Shown: positions 51,764 to 64,000 of the stretch, piece after piece | Numbering within the stretch: the first letter of the stretch is position 1 | Layout of the letters: the number at the start of each line of letters is the position of its first letter | DNA from: an uncultured SAR86 cluster bacterium | Lineage (GTDB): Bacteria; Pseudomonadota; Gammaproteobacteria; Magnimaribacterales; AG-339-G14 | Length of the DNA stretch: 64,000 nt | NCBI GenBank assembly: GCA_902594855.1 | Contig: CACJNS010000001.1 | Span: 625,335-689,334, forward strand | Direction of reading: 5' to 3' | The notes under the pieces: generated by a model | The model's input: the letters and a program-made list of their open reading frames with translations, nothing else | Databases searched by the model: none | What the model was told of the DNA's origin: nothing | Made by a program: the position numbers and the translations under genes

Positions 51764-53026
51764 ATGCATTTAGGCGAATTAAAAGCCAAGCCCGTAGAAG
51801 AATTGCTCAGTCTCGCTGAGGAAATGGGCATTGAAAATTTAGCCCGCTCAAAAAAACAAGATGTTATTTTTGGAATTCTCAAATCTCATTCTGGAAAAGG
51901 TGAGGATATCGAGGGCGAGGGAGTTCTTGAAATTTTAAATGATGGGTTTGGATTTTTGAGATCACCGTCGTCTTCTTATTTAGCAGGTGCAGACGACATA
52001 TATGTTTCACCAAGCCAAATAAGAAGATTTGGACTCAAAACAGGTGATTCTATTTCTGGGAAAATAAGACCACCAAAAGAGGGTGAAAGATATTTTGCCT
52101 TGTTAAAGATTGATGAGATCAACTTTAATGCACCAGAGCAAACGAAATCAAAGGTTGCTTTTGAAAACTTAACACCTTTGTTTCCTGAAGAAAGAATTGT
52201 GATGGAGGCAGGGAATGGAACAACTGAAGATTTATCAGCAAGAATAATTGATTTAACTGCTCCAACAGGTAAGGGTCAGAGAGGACTTATCGTTTCTCCA
52301 CCCAAAGCAGGAAAAACTCTTCTTCTTCAAACTATCGCTCATTCAATTGAAAGGAATAGCCCTGACAGCAAGCTAATGGTTCTTTTAGTTGATGAAAGAC
52401 CTGAAGAGGTTACTGACATGAAACGTTCTGTTCGAGGGGAAGTAATCGCGTCTACCTTTGACGAACCTCCATCAAGACATGTTCAAGTAGCTGAGATGGT
52501 AATTGCCAAAGCTAGAAGACTTGTTGAAACAAAAAATGATGTCATTATTTTGCTAGATTCAATCACTCGTTTGGCTAGAGCTTATAACTCTACTCAAGCA
52601 GCTTCTGGGAAAATATTAACAGGTGGTGTTGACGCTAATGCCCTTGAAAAACCAAAAAGATTTTTTGGTGCTGCCAGAAATATAGAAAGTGGAGGAAGTC
52701 TTACCATTATTGCTACAGCGCTCATTGACACTGGATCGAGAATGGATGAAGTAATTTACGAAGAATTTAAAGGTACTGGAAACCAAGAAATTCATCTTGA
52801 TAGAGCAATTGCTGAAAGAAGAGTCTTTCCAGCTATTAACATAAGGCGTTCAGGCACAAGAAGAGAAGAGCTCATAACCGATGATGCAGAACTTCAGAGA
52901 ATAAATATTCTTAGAAAGCTTCTCAATGATATGGAAGATGTTGATGCAACTGAATGGCTTATAGATAAACTTGGAAAACACAAGACAAACAATGAATTCT
53001 TCAGTTCAATGAAGAAAGGAAAATAA
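51764..53026 (+). CDS. rho: transcription termination factor Rho
   Basis: N-terminal RNA-binding domain (GFGFLRS) and P-loop [15 protein letters not shown]. 420 aa. Confidence 0.97.
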   Translation: MHLGELKAKPVEELLSLAEEMGIENLARSKKQDVIFGILKSHSGKGEDIEGEGVLEILNDGFGFLRSPSSSYLAGADDIYVSPSQIRRFGLKTGDSISGKIRPPKEGERYFALLKIDEINFNAPEQTKSKVAFENLTPLFPEERIVMEAGNGTTEDLSARIIDLTAPTGKGQRGLIVSPPKAGKTLLLQTIAHSIERNSPDSKLMVLLVDERPEEVTDMKRSVRGEVIASTFDEPPSRHVQVAEMVIAKARRLVETKNDVIILLDSITRLARAYNSTQAASGKILTGGVDANALEKPKRFFGAARNIESGGSLTIIATALIDTGSRMDEVIYEEFKGTGNQEIHLDRAIAERRVFPAINIRRSGTRREELITDDAELQRINILRKLLNDMEDVDATEWLIDKLGKHKTNNEFFSSMKKGK

Positions 53027-53596
53027 CTATTTTTCTTTAAGAAGTAAATATTGCTTCCTCCCAGAGTTAGTCTCTTTTATAACTTCCCAATCCGTTTCTA
53101 AAAAACTTAGATCTATATCTTTTTCTACTTCAAGATAAATATTTCCAGATTTAGCAAGAAGAGATTTTGTTTTAATTTTTAAAAGAACTTTTTCAGCAAG
53201 TTGTTCATAGAATGGTGGATCAACAAAAATTAGATCAAATTCATCATTTGCTTCATCCAACCAAGCAAGGACATCCTTATTAATTATTGATATATCCTCA
53301 ATAGCACCTAGCTTTTTGACATAGCCTCTTAATTTATCAAAGTGCTCAAAATTTTTTTCGATAAATGTAACTTTTTGAGCACCTCTAGACAATGATTCCA
53401 ATCCTAAAGAACCTGTTCCAGAAAATAAATCAAGACAAGTCTTCCGATCAATGACCTGTCCAAGCCAATTAAACAATGTTTCCCTTAGTCTATCTGGAGT
53501 TGGTCTAAGATCTTTAGAAGGTAAGAATTCGAATTTTCTTCCTTTATATTTTCCGCTGATTATTCTAAATGAACCTTTATTTGCTTTATTGCTCAT
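53027..53596 (-). CDS. rsmD: 16S rRNA (guanine966-N2)-methyltransferase
   Basis: DLFSGTGSLGLESLSRGA and DPPF motifs. 189 aa. Confidence 0.9.
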   Translation of the reverse strand: MSNKANKGSFRIISGKYKGRKFEFLPSKDLRPTPDRLRETLFNWLGQVIDRKTCLDLFSGTGSLGLESLSRGAQKVTFIEKNFEHFDKLRGYVKKLGAIEDISIINKDVLAWLDEANDEFDLIFVDPPFYEQLAEKVLLKIKTKSLLAKSGNIYLEVEKDIDLSFLETDWEVIKETNSGRKQYLLLKEK

Positions 53597-53634
53597 AATT
53601 TTCTTTTATAATTCTCTTTTCTAATCACTTATCA

Positions 53635-54093
53635 ATGCAAGATATATTTCTAAATATTTTAAGAACGCAGGCTCAAACTGTATATGTTATTTCTTCAGGA
53701 AATTCAGATTCTAAAGAGGCAATGACAGTTTCTTCAGTAGCATCGTTATCAGCTGATCCGCCAAGAATGTTAGTTTGCATTAATAAATCTGCTGCCATGC
53801 ATGATTTTTTAAAAACAACTCAATCGTTTTGTCTTAATTTATTGAGCAATGGACAAAAACATGTAGCTGATATCTGTAGCAACTCAGAGAAAATAAATGA
53901 AAGATTTTCCAATGATTCATGGCTTAATAAGGAAGAGACACCATATTTAGAGAATGCTCAATCAAACCTCTTCTGTAATTTAAAAGAAATTATGGAAGAC
54001 ACAACTCACTCGATCTTCGTTGGCGAGGTTCAAGATTTAATTCATAATGACAATTTAAAACCCTTGGTATATCAAGAAGGAAAATATGTCTAA
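53635..54093 (+). CDS. flavin reductase-like domain protein
   Basis: AMTVSSVASLSADPPRMLVCINKSA is typical of the flavin-reductase-like FMN-binding fold. 152 aa. Confidence 0.8.
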   Translation: MQDIFLNILRTQAQTVYVISSGNSDSKEAMTVSSVASLSADPPRMLVCINKSAAMHDFLKTTQSFCLNLLSNGQKHVADICSNSEKINERFSNDSWLNKEETPYLENAQSNLFCNLKEIMEDTTHSIFVGEVQDLIHNDNLKPLVYQEGKYV

Positions 54094-54484
54094 GTTTCTT
54101 TATCTTTTAATTTTTGTTTTGTGCTCAAGCTCAGCATTTTCAAGCGACATAAAACTTTACTTTATTGAACCTAAAGACGGTGCAACAGTAAATGGACCTG
54201 TAAAAATAGTTTTTGGGTTATCTGGAATGGGAGTGGCTCCGGCTGGAATAGATTTTCCTAATACTGGTCATCATCATCTACTTGTTGATATAGAAAATTT
54301 ACCTGATCTTACAAAACCTATCCCTGCTAATATAAACCACATTCATTTTGGAAAAGGACAAACAGAAGTTTTAATTGATTTACCTAAAGGTAAAAGAAGT
54401 TTGCAGCTTTTACTGGGTAACTACCTTCACGTTCCTCACAAAAAACCTGTTATTTCAGATAAAATATATATCTACGTTGAATAA
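54086..54484 (+). CDS. secreted DUF4399-family protein with GHHHL motif
   Basis: Signal peptide. FIEPKDGATV...VFGLSGMGVAPAG...TGHHHLLVD...HFGKGQTE pattern as I recall it for DUF4399. Overlaps the upstream gene by 8 nt. Confidence 0.72.
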   Translation: MSKFLYLLIFVLCSSSAFSSDIKLYFIEPKDGATVNGPVKIVFGLSGMGVAPAGIDFPNTGHHHLLVDIENLPDLTKPIPANINHIHFGKGQTEVLIDLPKGKRSLQLLLGNYLHVPHKKPVISDKIYIYVE

Positions 54485-54505
54485 TCAATTCTTTTTTATT
54501 TATCA

Positions 54506-56845
54506 TTGATCAGTTTGCTATTTAAATATACTAGATTTCTAGTCTTCTCTTTTTTTATATACGCTTCATATCTTACGTCTGAGATCACTGTTGATGGAAA
54601 ACTTTCTGAAATAGAGTGGTCCGAAGCAGCCTATATAGAAGATTTTTTAGTTGTTCAGCCTAATACACTTAAAGAACCAGAAAATAAAACAAGAGTTTTC
54701 TACTTTGCAAATGAAGATGGAATATATTTTGGATTTGAGAATAACCAAAGCAAAGAGTCTCAAACAGAAAGACTCCACAAAAGAGATTCTTGGATGGTTA
54801 GCGCTGATAGAAATTTTGTATTTTTAGACTTCAGTGGAAATTCAAGTAATGCTTACAGTTTTGGAATAACTCTTGGAGGATCTCTAGGAGATGCAATCTG
54901 GCAGAATGAAAATGAACCTTCATCTGACTGGGATGGGCTTTGGTATGCAGCTGAAAGTCAAGAAGGTGATAAGTGGTTTTCCGAATTTTATTTACCTTGG
55001 GACGTAGCTCCAATTCCAGTAACAGAAGAAAAATTTATTGAAGTTAAAGTCAGGCTCGTTCGATATTTTTTTGAAGATAATGAATGGACAAGTTATCCAC
55101 CTATCTGGGGGGACGATACAAGGTTTATTTCCAAATTTGAACAGATACAAATTCAAAATTTTTCCAAGGAGAGTTCTGCTGATGTGGACTTTTATCCCTA
55201 TTTAACAATTTCACAAGAACAAGTTACTGAAGAACAGCAAAATAAGATTGGTGGTGAAATCTTTTGGTCCATTGATGCTGAGAAACGATTAGATGTGACT
55301 TTGAATCCAGATTTTGGGCAGGTCGAAAGTGATGATGTTATTGTTAGTTTTGATGCAACAGAGACTTTTTATGATGATAAAAGGCCATTTTTTACCGAAA
55401 ATCAAAGTTTGTTCTCTATTACAGGTTGGCGACTTTACTTGATCAATACTAGAAGAATTGGCGGTTCTCCAGACTACAACTGCGATACTCTTAAAGAAAA
55501 TCTTATCGAAAGATGTAAATCAGAGAATAGATCATCCAGTGATATTGATGTTGCCCTCAGATATACGCAAAAAGAAAAGGAAAATGAATTTGGTGTTTTT
55601 TCTGCGTTTGAGAGAGATGATCCTTTGTATCAAGGAAGAAATTTTCAAGCAATTAGATATAGAAGAATATTTGACGAAGGCAAAGTTGGATATATGTTGA
55701 CTTATGCTGATAAACCAAATATTTCAAGAACAGCGCAAGTTCATACCATGGATTATGAATATTCAATTGATAGAAACACAAGACTTTTTGGAATGGTTAG
55801 TTATTCTGAGATTGATCAATTAGGAGTTTCAACGGAAGGTGCTGCATTAAGAGCAGTTGCATCAAGAGTGTTTAATGAGAAATTTTCTGGGCTCTGGGCC
55901 TTATCAGTATTTGATGAAGGATACGATCTAAATGATATGGGATATATGGAGATGAAAGAATATATCTCAACAGGTTGGCAAGCCAGATATAAAGAGTCTG
56001 AATTTTCTGAGTCCTCACCATTGAGAAATCTCACATTAGAAACGAATGGAGGTCATCAAAGAAGTATTTCAGGAATTAATGGTGGCGGGATGGCGTACTT
56101 TTCATTAAATCTTGATTTTAAGGATTATTCTTCTGTTGATTTATTTTGTGAGTGTATTTTAGTACCAGGAAAGGATTATTTGGAAACAAGAGGAAATCCA
56201 GAAGCACCTTTTATAAGACGTCTTGGAGGTTATAACTTTTTTGTAAGATACCAAGCTCCTCAGGACAGAGTCTTCATCCCAAGTTTTAAAGTGCAAAGTA
56301 ATTCTGGAGGATATAAATTTGATGATCCTGTGTACTCTCGACGAGGAGAAGGATGGGGTTTTAATCTAGGCGCAACCATTCAACCAACCGATAATTTAGA
56401 TATCAACTTGGGTTTAATTAGATATGATGAAGAAAAAAATTGGAATAAATTCGAATACGATAAAGTTTTTGGATTTTACGATTATAAAAAACTTTCCTCC
56501 TCTTTATCTTTAGGTTGGTTCTTGGATAATACTCATGAGCTCAGAATTAAAGCACAGTTTTACGCCTTAACTGCAGACAACCCTAGTGCATTCTCAGTAT
56601 CTAAGGATGGAAAAATGCAATATTCAGATGCACAGCTAAATCCTTTTGAATTGAGCCAAGTTGCATTTCAAATAAGATATCGTTACGAGTTGGCTCCGTT
56701 ATCCCATTTTTATGCTGTATATACCAGAGGTGGGTATTATTTTGATGAGGATAAAGACTTATCCTCTTTCGGGGACCTTTATACAACCGGTTGGGATACT
56801 ACTTATTCTGATCAGTTTGTATTGAAAATCAGATACAAATTTTAA
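54506..56845 (+). CDS. CBM9-like / DUF5916 outer-membrane beta-barrel-like protein
   Basis: TTG start and signal-like N-terminus. N-terminal ITVDGKLSEIEWSEAAYIEDF carbohydrate-binding-family-9-like module. Long beta-rich C-terminal part ending in aromatic KIRYKF. Confidence 0.62.
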   Translation: MISLLFKYTRFLVFSFFIYASYLTSEITVDGKLSEIEWSEAAYIEDFLVVQPNTLKEPENKTRVFYFANEDGIYFGFENNQSKESQTERLHKRDSWMVSADRNFVFLDFSGNSSNAYSFGITLGGSLGDAIWQNENEPSSDWDGLWYAAESQEGDKWFSEFYLPWDVAPIPVTEEKFIEVKVRLVRYFFEDNEWTSYPPIWGDDTRFISKFEQIQIQNFSKESSADVDFYPYLTISQEQVTEEQQNKIGGEIFWSIDAEKRLDVTLNPDFGQVESDDVIVSFDATETFYDDKRPFFTENQSLFSITGWRLYLINTRRIGGSPDYNCDTLKENLIERCKSENRSSSDIDVALRYTQKEKENEFGVFSAFERDDPLYQGRNFQAIRYRRIFDEGKVGYMLTYADKPNISRTAQVHTMDYEYSIDRNTRLFGMVSYSEIDQLGVSTEGAALRAVASRVFNEKFSGLWALSVFDEGYDLNDMGYMEMKEYISTGWQARYKESEFSESSPLRNLTLETNGGHQRSISGINGGGMAYFSLNLDFKDYSSVDLFCECILVPGKDYLETRGNPEAPFIRRLGGYNFFVRYQAPQDRVFIPSFKVQSNSGGYKFDDPVYSRRGEGWGFNLGATIQPTDNLDINLGLIRYDEEKNWNKFEYDKVFGFYDYKKLSSSLSLGWFLDNTHELRIKAQFYALTADNPSAFSVSKDGKMQYSDAQLNPFELSQVAFQIRYRYELAPLSHFYAVYTRGGYYFDEDKDLSSFGDLYTTGWDTTYSDQFVLKIRYKF

Positions 56846-57030
56846 TGATTTTTACAGATCCAACCCCTTGATGTTTTTCTAGCTTCTAAGGCAGGGAAAT
56901 AAACATTGCATTCTATACATTTGACCATGCTGGATTGATCTTCACTGATATCAACTGAATTTTCTCCCAAAAGACGTGCAAGCCCAACGACTATTCCTAC
57001 AAAAATTAAAACTGAAATTAAAATAGCCAT
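56842..57030 (-). CDS. small membrane-anchored Cys-rich protein (PP0621-like)
   Basis: One N-terminal transmembrane helix, then CIECNVYFP...WICKNH. Immediately downstream of bamD, overlapping it by 1 nt. Confidence 0.55.
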   Translation of the reverse strand: MAILISVLIFVGIVVGLARLLGENSVDISEDQSSMVKCIECNVYFPALEARKTSRGWICKNH

Positions 57031-57803
57031 TAGGATTTAATTTTCTTTTCTTTGAAAGCGTCGAGTAAGTCTTGAGTTATGTTGGCCAAATCTGACTGGT
57101 TGAGTTCTTTATAGGCTTCAATTTTAATCTCAAGAGCTTGTTCTACTTGAGAGCTATTTGGGAGATGTTCAATCACATAATTAGCTCGGTTTAAGGCAGC
57201 AACAAAAGCCTTTCTTTCCATATAAAAAGTCGCTACATAGATTTCTTTTTTTGCGATCAAATTCCTTAAGAAAACCATTCGTTGCCTTGCTTGATCAGCG
57301 TAGTCACTATCTGGAAACCTAAGTAAAAAATCACTCAAGTCAGAAAACGATTTCTTTGCTTGATTGAGATCTCTTTTCGAGGCCGCATCCTCTAAAATCA
57401 TATTTGGATTAAAAATAGACATATCGGCTGTGTAACCGGACATCCCTTTCAAATAGTAAGCGTAATCTATATTTGGATGATTAGGATGCAAGCTGATAAA
57501 CCTATCAGCAGCTGATATGGCAGCCTCATAGTTTGCTGACTTAAAATAAGCATAAATAAGCTCTGACTGAGCTTGTGTGGCAAATCTTCCAAAAGGGTAT
57601 CTAGCCTCAAGCATTTCTAAACTCATTGCGGCAGCAGCAAAATTGCCAGATCTCAATCTATTCTGCGCTTGATCAAATAGTTCTTTTTCAAGCAAGATCC
57701 TTTCAATAGTTTCTTCTTTATTTGCACACGATGCGGATAAACCCATCAAGATCAGTAAAAAAAGTAGATTAAAGATAAAATAATGCTTATTACGAGTTTG
57801 CAT
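57030..57803 (-). CDS. bamD: outer-membrane protein assembly factor BamD
   Basis: Lipobox LSASC. TPR-like repeats (RYPFGRFATQAQ, RFPDSDYADQA). Divergent from rluD, as in E. coli. Confidence 0.88.
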   Translation of the reverse strand: MQTRNKHYFIFNLLFLLILMGLSASCANKEETIERILLEKELFDQAQNRLRSGNFAAAAMSLEMLEARYPFGRFATQAQSELIYAYFKSANYEAAISAADRFISLHPNHPNIDYAYYLKGMSGYTADMSIFNPNMILEDAASKRDLNQAKKSFSDLSDFLLRFPDSDYADQARQRMVFLRNLIAKKEIYVATFYMERKAFVAALNRANYVIEHLPNSSQVEQALEIKIEAYKELNQSDLANITQDLLDAFKEKKIKS

Positions 57804-57836
57804 CTGCTAATTCTATCTGTTTAAAGATTAAAAAAC

Positions 57837-58796
57837 ATGCCAAAAAAAATTTCAATTAATTTCGAGGTCAACGCCGAAGAGTCAGGAAAAAGAATAGATG
57901 TAATCGTATCCAAGAGACATCCAGAGTTCTCAAGAATGCAAATTAAAAAGTTTATTGAACTAGATTTTTTGTCTATTGATAATCAAACAATTTCCAAAGT
58001 AAGCGAAAAAGCTTCAATTGGAAGCAAGATAAATTTATCTGGTCTAATTGATGCTGAAGTTGAAGATCTTCCTGAAGATATTGAGATTGAAATAAAAAAG
58101 CAGACAAAGGATTTCATAGTTATAAATAAAGCTCCAGGAATTGTTGTTCATCCGGGCTCAGGAAATAGATCAGGAACAATTCTCAATAGTTTATTATTTA
58201 ACTTTCCAGAGCTGGCAGATCTTCCAAGAGCTGGAATAATTCATCGTTTAGATAAAGATACTTCTGGACTAATGGTTATTGCAAGAAATGAGAAGGCTTA
58301 TAAACACTTGTCAGATCAAATCTCCTCTAGAACCGTTAAAAGGGGATACGACCTAATTGTAATTGGAAAAACGTTGAGAGCAGGAACTTTGGACCTCCCA
58401 ATTGGAAGGCATCGTACGGTAAGAACAAAACAATCAGTTACAGAAAAAGGAAAAGAAGCAATTACTAAATTTAAAGTATTAGAATTTTTGGGATTTTATA
58501 CTTATATACGAGCTTATTTAGAAACAGGCAGAACTCATCAAATTAGAGTCCATTTTAGCCATATTAAACATCCTCTCGTTGGAGATAAAACTTATGGAAC
58601 AAGTCAAAGATTTGCAAAAAATACTTCAGACGATTTGAAAGATTTTATTATCAAGTTTCCGAGACAGGCCCTACATGCTAGAGAACTTTCTTTTATAGAT
58701 CCCTCGTCTAATGAAACAGTTAATTTTGAAAGCGAAATTCCTAAAGATTTTCAAAGTTTATTGGATCGTCTAAAAACCAATGAAAACTTGACTTAA
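57837..58796 (+). CDS. rluD: 23S rRNA pseudouridine synthase RluD (RluA family)
   Basis: S4 domain followed by catalytic HRLDKDTSG and GRTHQIRVH motifs. Confidence 0.92.
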   Translation: MPKKISINFEVNAEESGKRIDVIVSKRHPEFSRMQIKKFIELDFLSIDNQTISKVSEKASIGSKINLSGLIDAEVEDLPEDIEIEIKKQTKDFIVINKAPGIVVHPGSGNRSGTILNSLLFNFPELADLPRAGIIHRLDKDTSGLMVIARNEKAYKHLSDQISSRTVKRGYDLIVIGKTLRAGTLDLPIGRHRTVRTKQSVTEKGKEAITKFKVLEFLGFYTYIRAYLETGRTHQIRVHFSHIKHPLVGDKTYGTSQRFAKNTSDDLKDFIIKFPRQALHARELSFIDPSSNETVNFESEIPKDFQSLLDRLKTNENLT

Positions 58797-58844
58797 AGGC
58801 TTCTAGTGTCACAATTCGAATCTTTTTAAAACTGTTAAATAAAT

Positions 58845-60578
58845 ATGAAGAAAGAATCAGGCGGATCTGCGCTTATCAGAGCTTTAGCAGATGAAAATGT
58901 AGACCTTCTCTTTGGATATCCTGGAGGAGCTGCTCTTCATATTTACGATGCAATCTATCAACAGGATAAAGTTCAGCATATTTTAGTTAGGCATGAACAG
59001 GCTGCAGTCCATGCAGCTGACGGATATGCCAGAGCCACAGGAAAAGTTGGAACTGTTCTTGTAACATCTGGTCCAGGAGCAACAAACGCAATCACTGGAA
59101 TTGCAACTGCATATATGGACTCTATTCCATTGGTAGTAATTTCAGGTCAGGTTGCAAGCCATTTAATAGGAACAGACGCCTTCCAAGAAACAGATATGAT
59201 GGGAATATCCCGACCAATAGTAAAACATAGCTTTCTAATTCAAAGTCCAGAAGAGATACCAGAGGTTGTCAAAAAGGCCTTTATTATTGCGAAAACAGGA
59301 AAGCCAGGTCCAGTTGTAATAGATGTACCCAAGGATATGACAGATCCGAACCATCTTTTTGATTATCAGTATCCTAAAGATATAAAGATGAGATCTTATT
59401 CAGCCCCCTCTGAAGAAGAAGAAAGTAACGTAGATGAGGCAGTTTCATTATTAGAGAAAGCAAAAAAGCCAGTTTTATATGCGGGCGGTGGGATAATTCA
59501 AGGTAATGCATCTGAGGAGCTAAAAAAGTTAGCGAAAATCATGAATGCTCCTGTGACAAATACACTAATGGGATTGGGAGCCTTTCCTGCAACTCATGAA
59601 AACTTTATTGGAATGTTAGGAATGCATGGAACCTATGAAGCTAACATGGCAATGCATGAAGCTGATTTAATCTTTGCTTTGGGTTCAAGATTTGATGATA
59701 GAACTACAAACAATCCTAAAAAATACTCATTAAATGCCAAAAAAATTCACTTAGATTGTGATTACGGTTCTATAGAAAAAATTATAAATGTCGATGTATC
59801 TCTAAATGGAGATGCTAAAAAGATTCTTAATCAAATTCTCAATAAAATAGATCCAAAAAATATTGATAAAGCATCAATAGATCTCTGGAATAATGAGATT
59901 CTGAACTGGAGAGAAACTCATGGTCTTAATCATGATCTTCTGGACAAGAAATTTCATCAGAAGCAAATCCTTCCTCAACAAGTAATACAGTCTCTTTACA
60001 AGTCTACGAACGGTAAGGCATTTATAACTTCTGATGTTGGCCAACATCAAATGTTTGCTGCTCAATATTATAAATTTGATGAACCAAGAAAATGGATCAA
60101 TTCTGGCGGCCTAGGAACAATGGGATTTGGTCTGCCTTCTGCCATGGGAGTTAAATTTGCTTTTCCTGATGAGGATGTTGTTTGTGTAACCGGTGAAGGC
60201 AGCATTCAAATGTGTATTCAGGAGCTATCTACTTGTATGCAGTATGGACTGCCTGTGAAAATAATTAATCTTAATAATAGAGCTTTAGGAATGGTTAAGC
60301 AGTGGCAGGATATGCAATACGGCGGAAGGTATTCCAGTATTCTCTACGAAGATTCTTTACCTGATTTCGTTAAGCTTGCAGAATCTTATGGACATGTGGG
60401 TATGAAGGTAGAGGATATCAGTGAGCTAGAAGAAAGAATGGATGAATGTATTTCCATGAAAGATAAACTTGTATTCATGGATGTATATGTTGATCCAGAT
60501 GAGCATGTATACCCAATGCTTGAAGCCGGTGGCAATATGTCTGAAATGCGAGTTAGTAAAACTAAAAAGACTTTTTAA
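58845..60578 (+). CDS. ilvI: acetolactate synthase large subunit
   Basis: ThDP motif GGLGTMGFGLPSAMG...NNRALGMVKQWQ. 577 aa. Confidence 0.95.
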   Translation: MKKESGGSALIRALADENVDLLFGYPGGAALHIYDAIYQQDKVQHILVRHEQAAVHAADGYARATGKVGTVLVTSGPGATNAITGIATAYMDSIPLVVISGQVASHLIGTDAFQETDMMGISRPIVKHSFLIQSPEEIPEVVKKAFIIAKTGKPGPVVIDVPKDMTDPNHLFDYQYPKDIKMRSYSAPSEEEESNVDEAVSLLEKAKKPVLYAGGGIIQGNASEELKKLAKIMNAPVTNTLMGLGAFPATHENFIGMLGMHGTYEANMAMHEADLIFALGSRFDDRTTNNPKKYSLNAKKIHLDCDYGSIEKIINVDVSLNGDAKKILNQILNKIDPKNIDKASIDLWNNEILNWRETHGLNHDLLDKKFHQKQILPQQVIQSLYKSTNGKAFITSDVGQHQMFAAQYYKFDEPRKWINSGGLGTMGFGLPSAMGVKFAFPDEDVVCVTGEGSIQMCIQELSTCMQYGLPVKIINLNNRALGMVKQWQDMQYGGRYSSILYEDSLPDFVKLAESYGHVGMKVEDISELEERMDECISMKDKLVFMDVYVDPDEHVYPMLEAGGNMSEMRVSKTKKTF

Positions 60579-60579
60579 A

Positions 60580-61092
60580 ATGAGTCACATATCGATTTTA
60601 ATGGAAAACCAACCGGGAGCTCTTTCTAGGGTTGTAGGTTTATTTTCACAAAGAGGTTACAACATAGACTCTTTATCTGTGGCTCCTACTAACGATTCAT
60701 CTTTATCAAGGCTCACTATGGTCGTTAAAGAAGAAGAAAGCATAATATCTCAAATACTCAAACAATTAAACAAAGTAATTGATGTTGTCGAAGTTCAGAA
60801 TCTGTCCGACATTGAATCTGTCTCACTGGAAATTGCTATTGTTAAATTAAAAATTACCGAGAAAGAAGCAAAAAAAATTATTGAAAGTGCTTTTCCTGTT
60901 GTTGGAGAAATTATTAATCACAAAGATGCATTTGTAATGATTAAACTTATTGGTTCGAACCATGAAGTTGATGATTTTCTTCTTTCTTTAAATAAGCAAA
61001 AGTTTTTAGAGGTTACCAGATCAGGTCTGCTTGGAATGGGGACAGGTGAAAACTTTCTCATTTCTGAAAGTGAAACTACAATTGAGTATTAG
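60580..61092 (+). CDS. ilvH: acetolactate synthase small (regulatory) subunit
   Basis: ATG at 60580 (MSHISILMENQPGALSRVVGLFSQRGYNIDSLSV, ACT domain). The ORF-track extension back to 60469 lies inside ilvI and is rejected. Confidence 0.93.
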   Translation: MSHISILMENQPGALSRVVGLFSQRGYNIDSLSVAPTNDSSLSRLTMVVKEEESIISQILKQLNKVIDVVEVQNLSDIESVSLEIAIVKLKITEKEAKKIIESAFPVVGEIINHKDAFVMIKLIGSNHEVDDFLLSLNKQKFLEVTRSGLLGMGTGENFLISESETTIEY

Positions 61093-63657
<2,565 letters not shown>

Positions 63658-63661
<4 letters not shown>

Positions 63662-64000
63662 ATCCTCAGCACAAAACAGGATTTATTGTCTTTGCTTTGG
63701 CGCTGGTTCTGATTGGTTTGAATTATTTAGATCCTGTAATTGTTCTGAATAACTTTATTTTTATTGGACTAAATAGTGCTGGAGCTTTTATAAATCAATC
63801 AGCTCTCACTTTTCTTACCGAATTTGGTAATGCAGCCGTACTGCTGATTGCATCTGTAATCCCAATATATTATTCAAGAAAATTTTTCAGGTTAATTATC
63901 TCATCTACACTGATTGGAATCTTGCTCTCGAGGGGATTAAAAATTTTACTGGATATTCCAAGGCCAGGAGCAGTCCTACCAAGAGAAGAATTTTTTGTTG
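63658..64000 (+). CDS. PAP2-family lipid phosphatase, 3' end cut by the window edge
   Basis: Not in the ORF track because no stop is reached. I read the frame by hand. GTG at 63658 overlaps the GT39 stop (GTGA). The frame is open to nt 64000, hydrophobic, and carries PAP2 motif 1, KILLDIPRP (K-x6-RP). Confidence 0.6.

Overview
AT-rich, extremely compact chromosome segment. About 60 genes fill 64 kb, many adjacent genes share start/stop overlaps, and only two spacers exceed 150 bp. Gene order is typical of Gammaproteobacteria: rpoD followed by tRNA(CAU); proA-nadD-rsfS-mrdA-rodA-mltB-dacA converging on leuS-lptE-holA; dsbD-aroQ-accB-accC; trxA-rho; bamD/rluD divergent; ilvIHC. The low G+C content, the streamlining and the large TonB-dependent receptors fit a streamlined marine gammaproteobacterium (SAR86-like). 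That taxonomic call is a guess I cannot verify here. Content is almost entirely housekeeping. I found no CRISPR array, IS element, integrase, prophage or recognisable defence system. The least ordinary part is an iron/heme island at about 6.25-16.9 kb. It holds a promoter with two Fur boxes driving a siderophore-type TonB-dependent receptor, and an FTR1 iron permease preceded by a 301-nt ORF-poor spacer rich in hairpins. It also holds a complete, translationally coupled protoheme pathway: a Shemin-type 5-aminolevulinate synthase, a HemC-HemD fusion, and HemB, HemE, HemH, HemF and HemJ. Other points worth a second look are a DsbD reduced to its periplasmic alpha domain, whose start codon overlaps the divergent neighbour's start (CATG), and a flavin reductase-DUF4399-DUF5916 operon of unknown function. 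So are a carotenoid-cleavage oxygenase cotranscribed with DedA, a GT39(ArnT-like)-PAP2 pair coupled to ilvC, and a D-amino-acid aminotransferase fused into the peptidoglycan operon. Finally, most convergent gene pairs overlap or nearly abut at their stop codons, and I found only one canonical intrinsic terminator in the window. I do not see convincing evidence for a wholly new multi-gene system. The novelty calls below are hypotheses.
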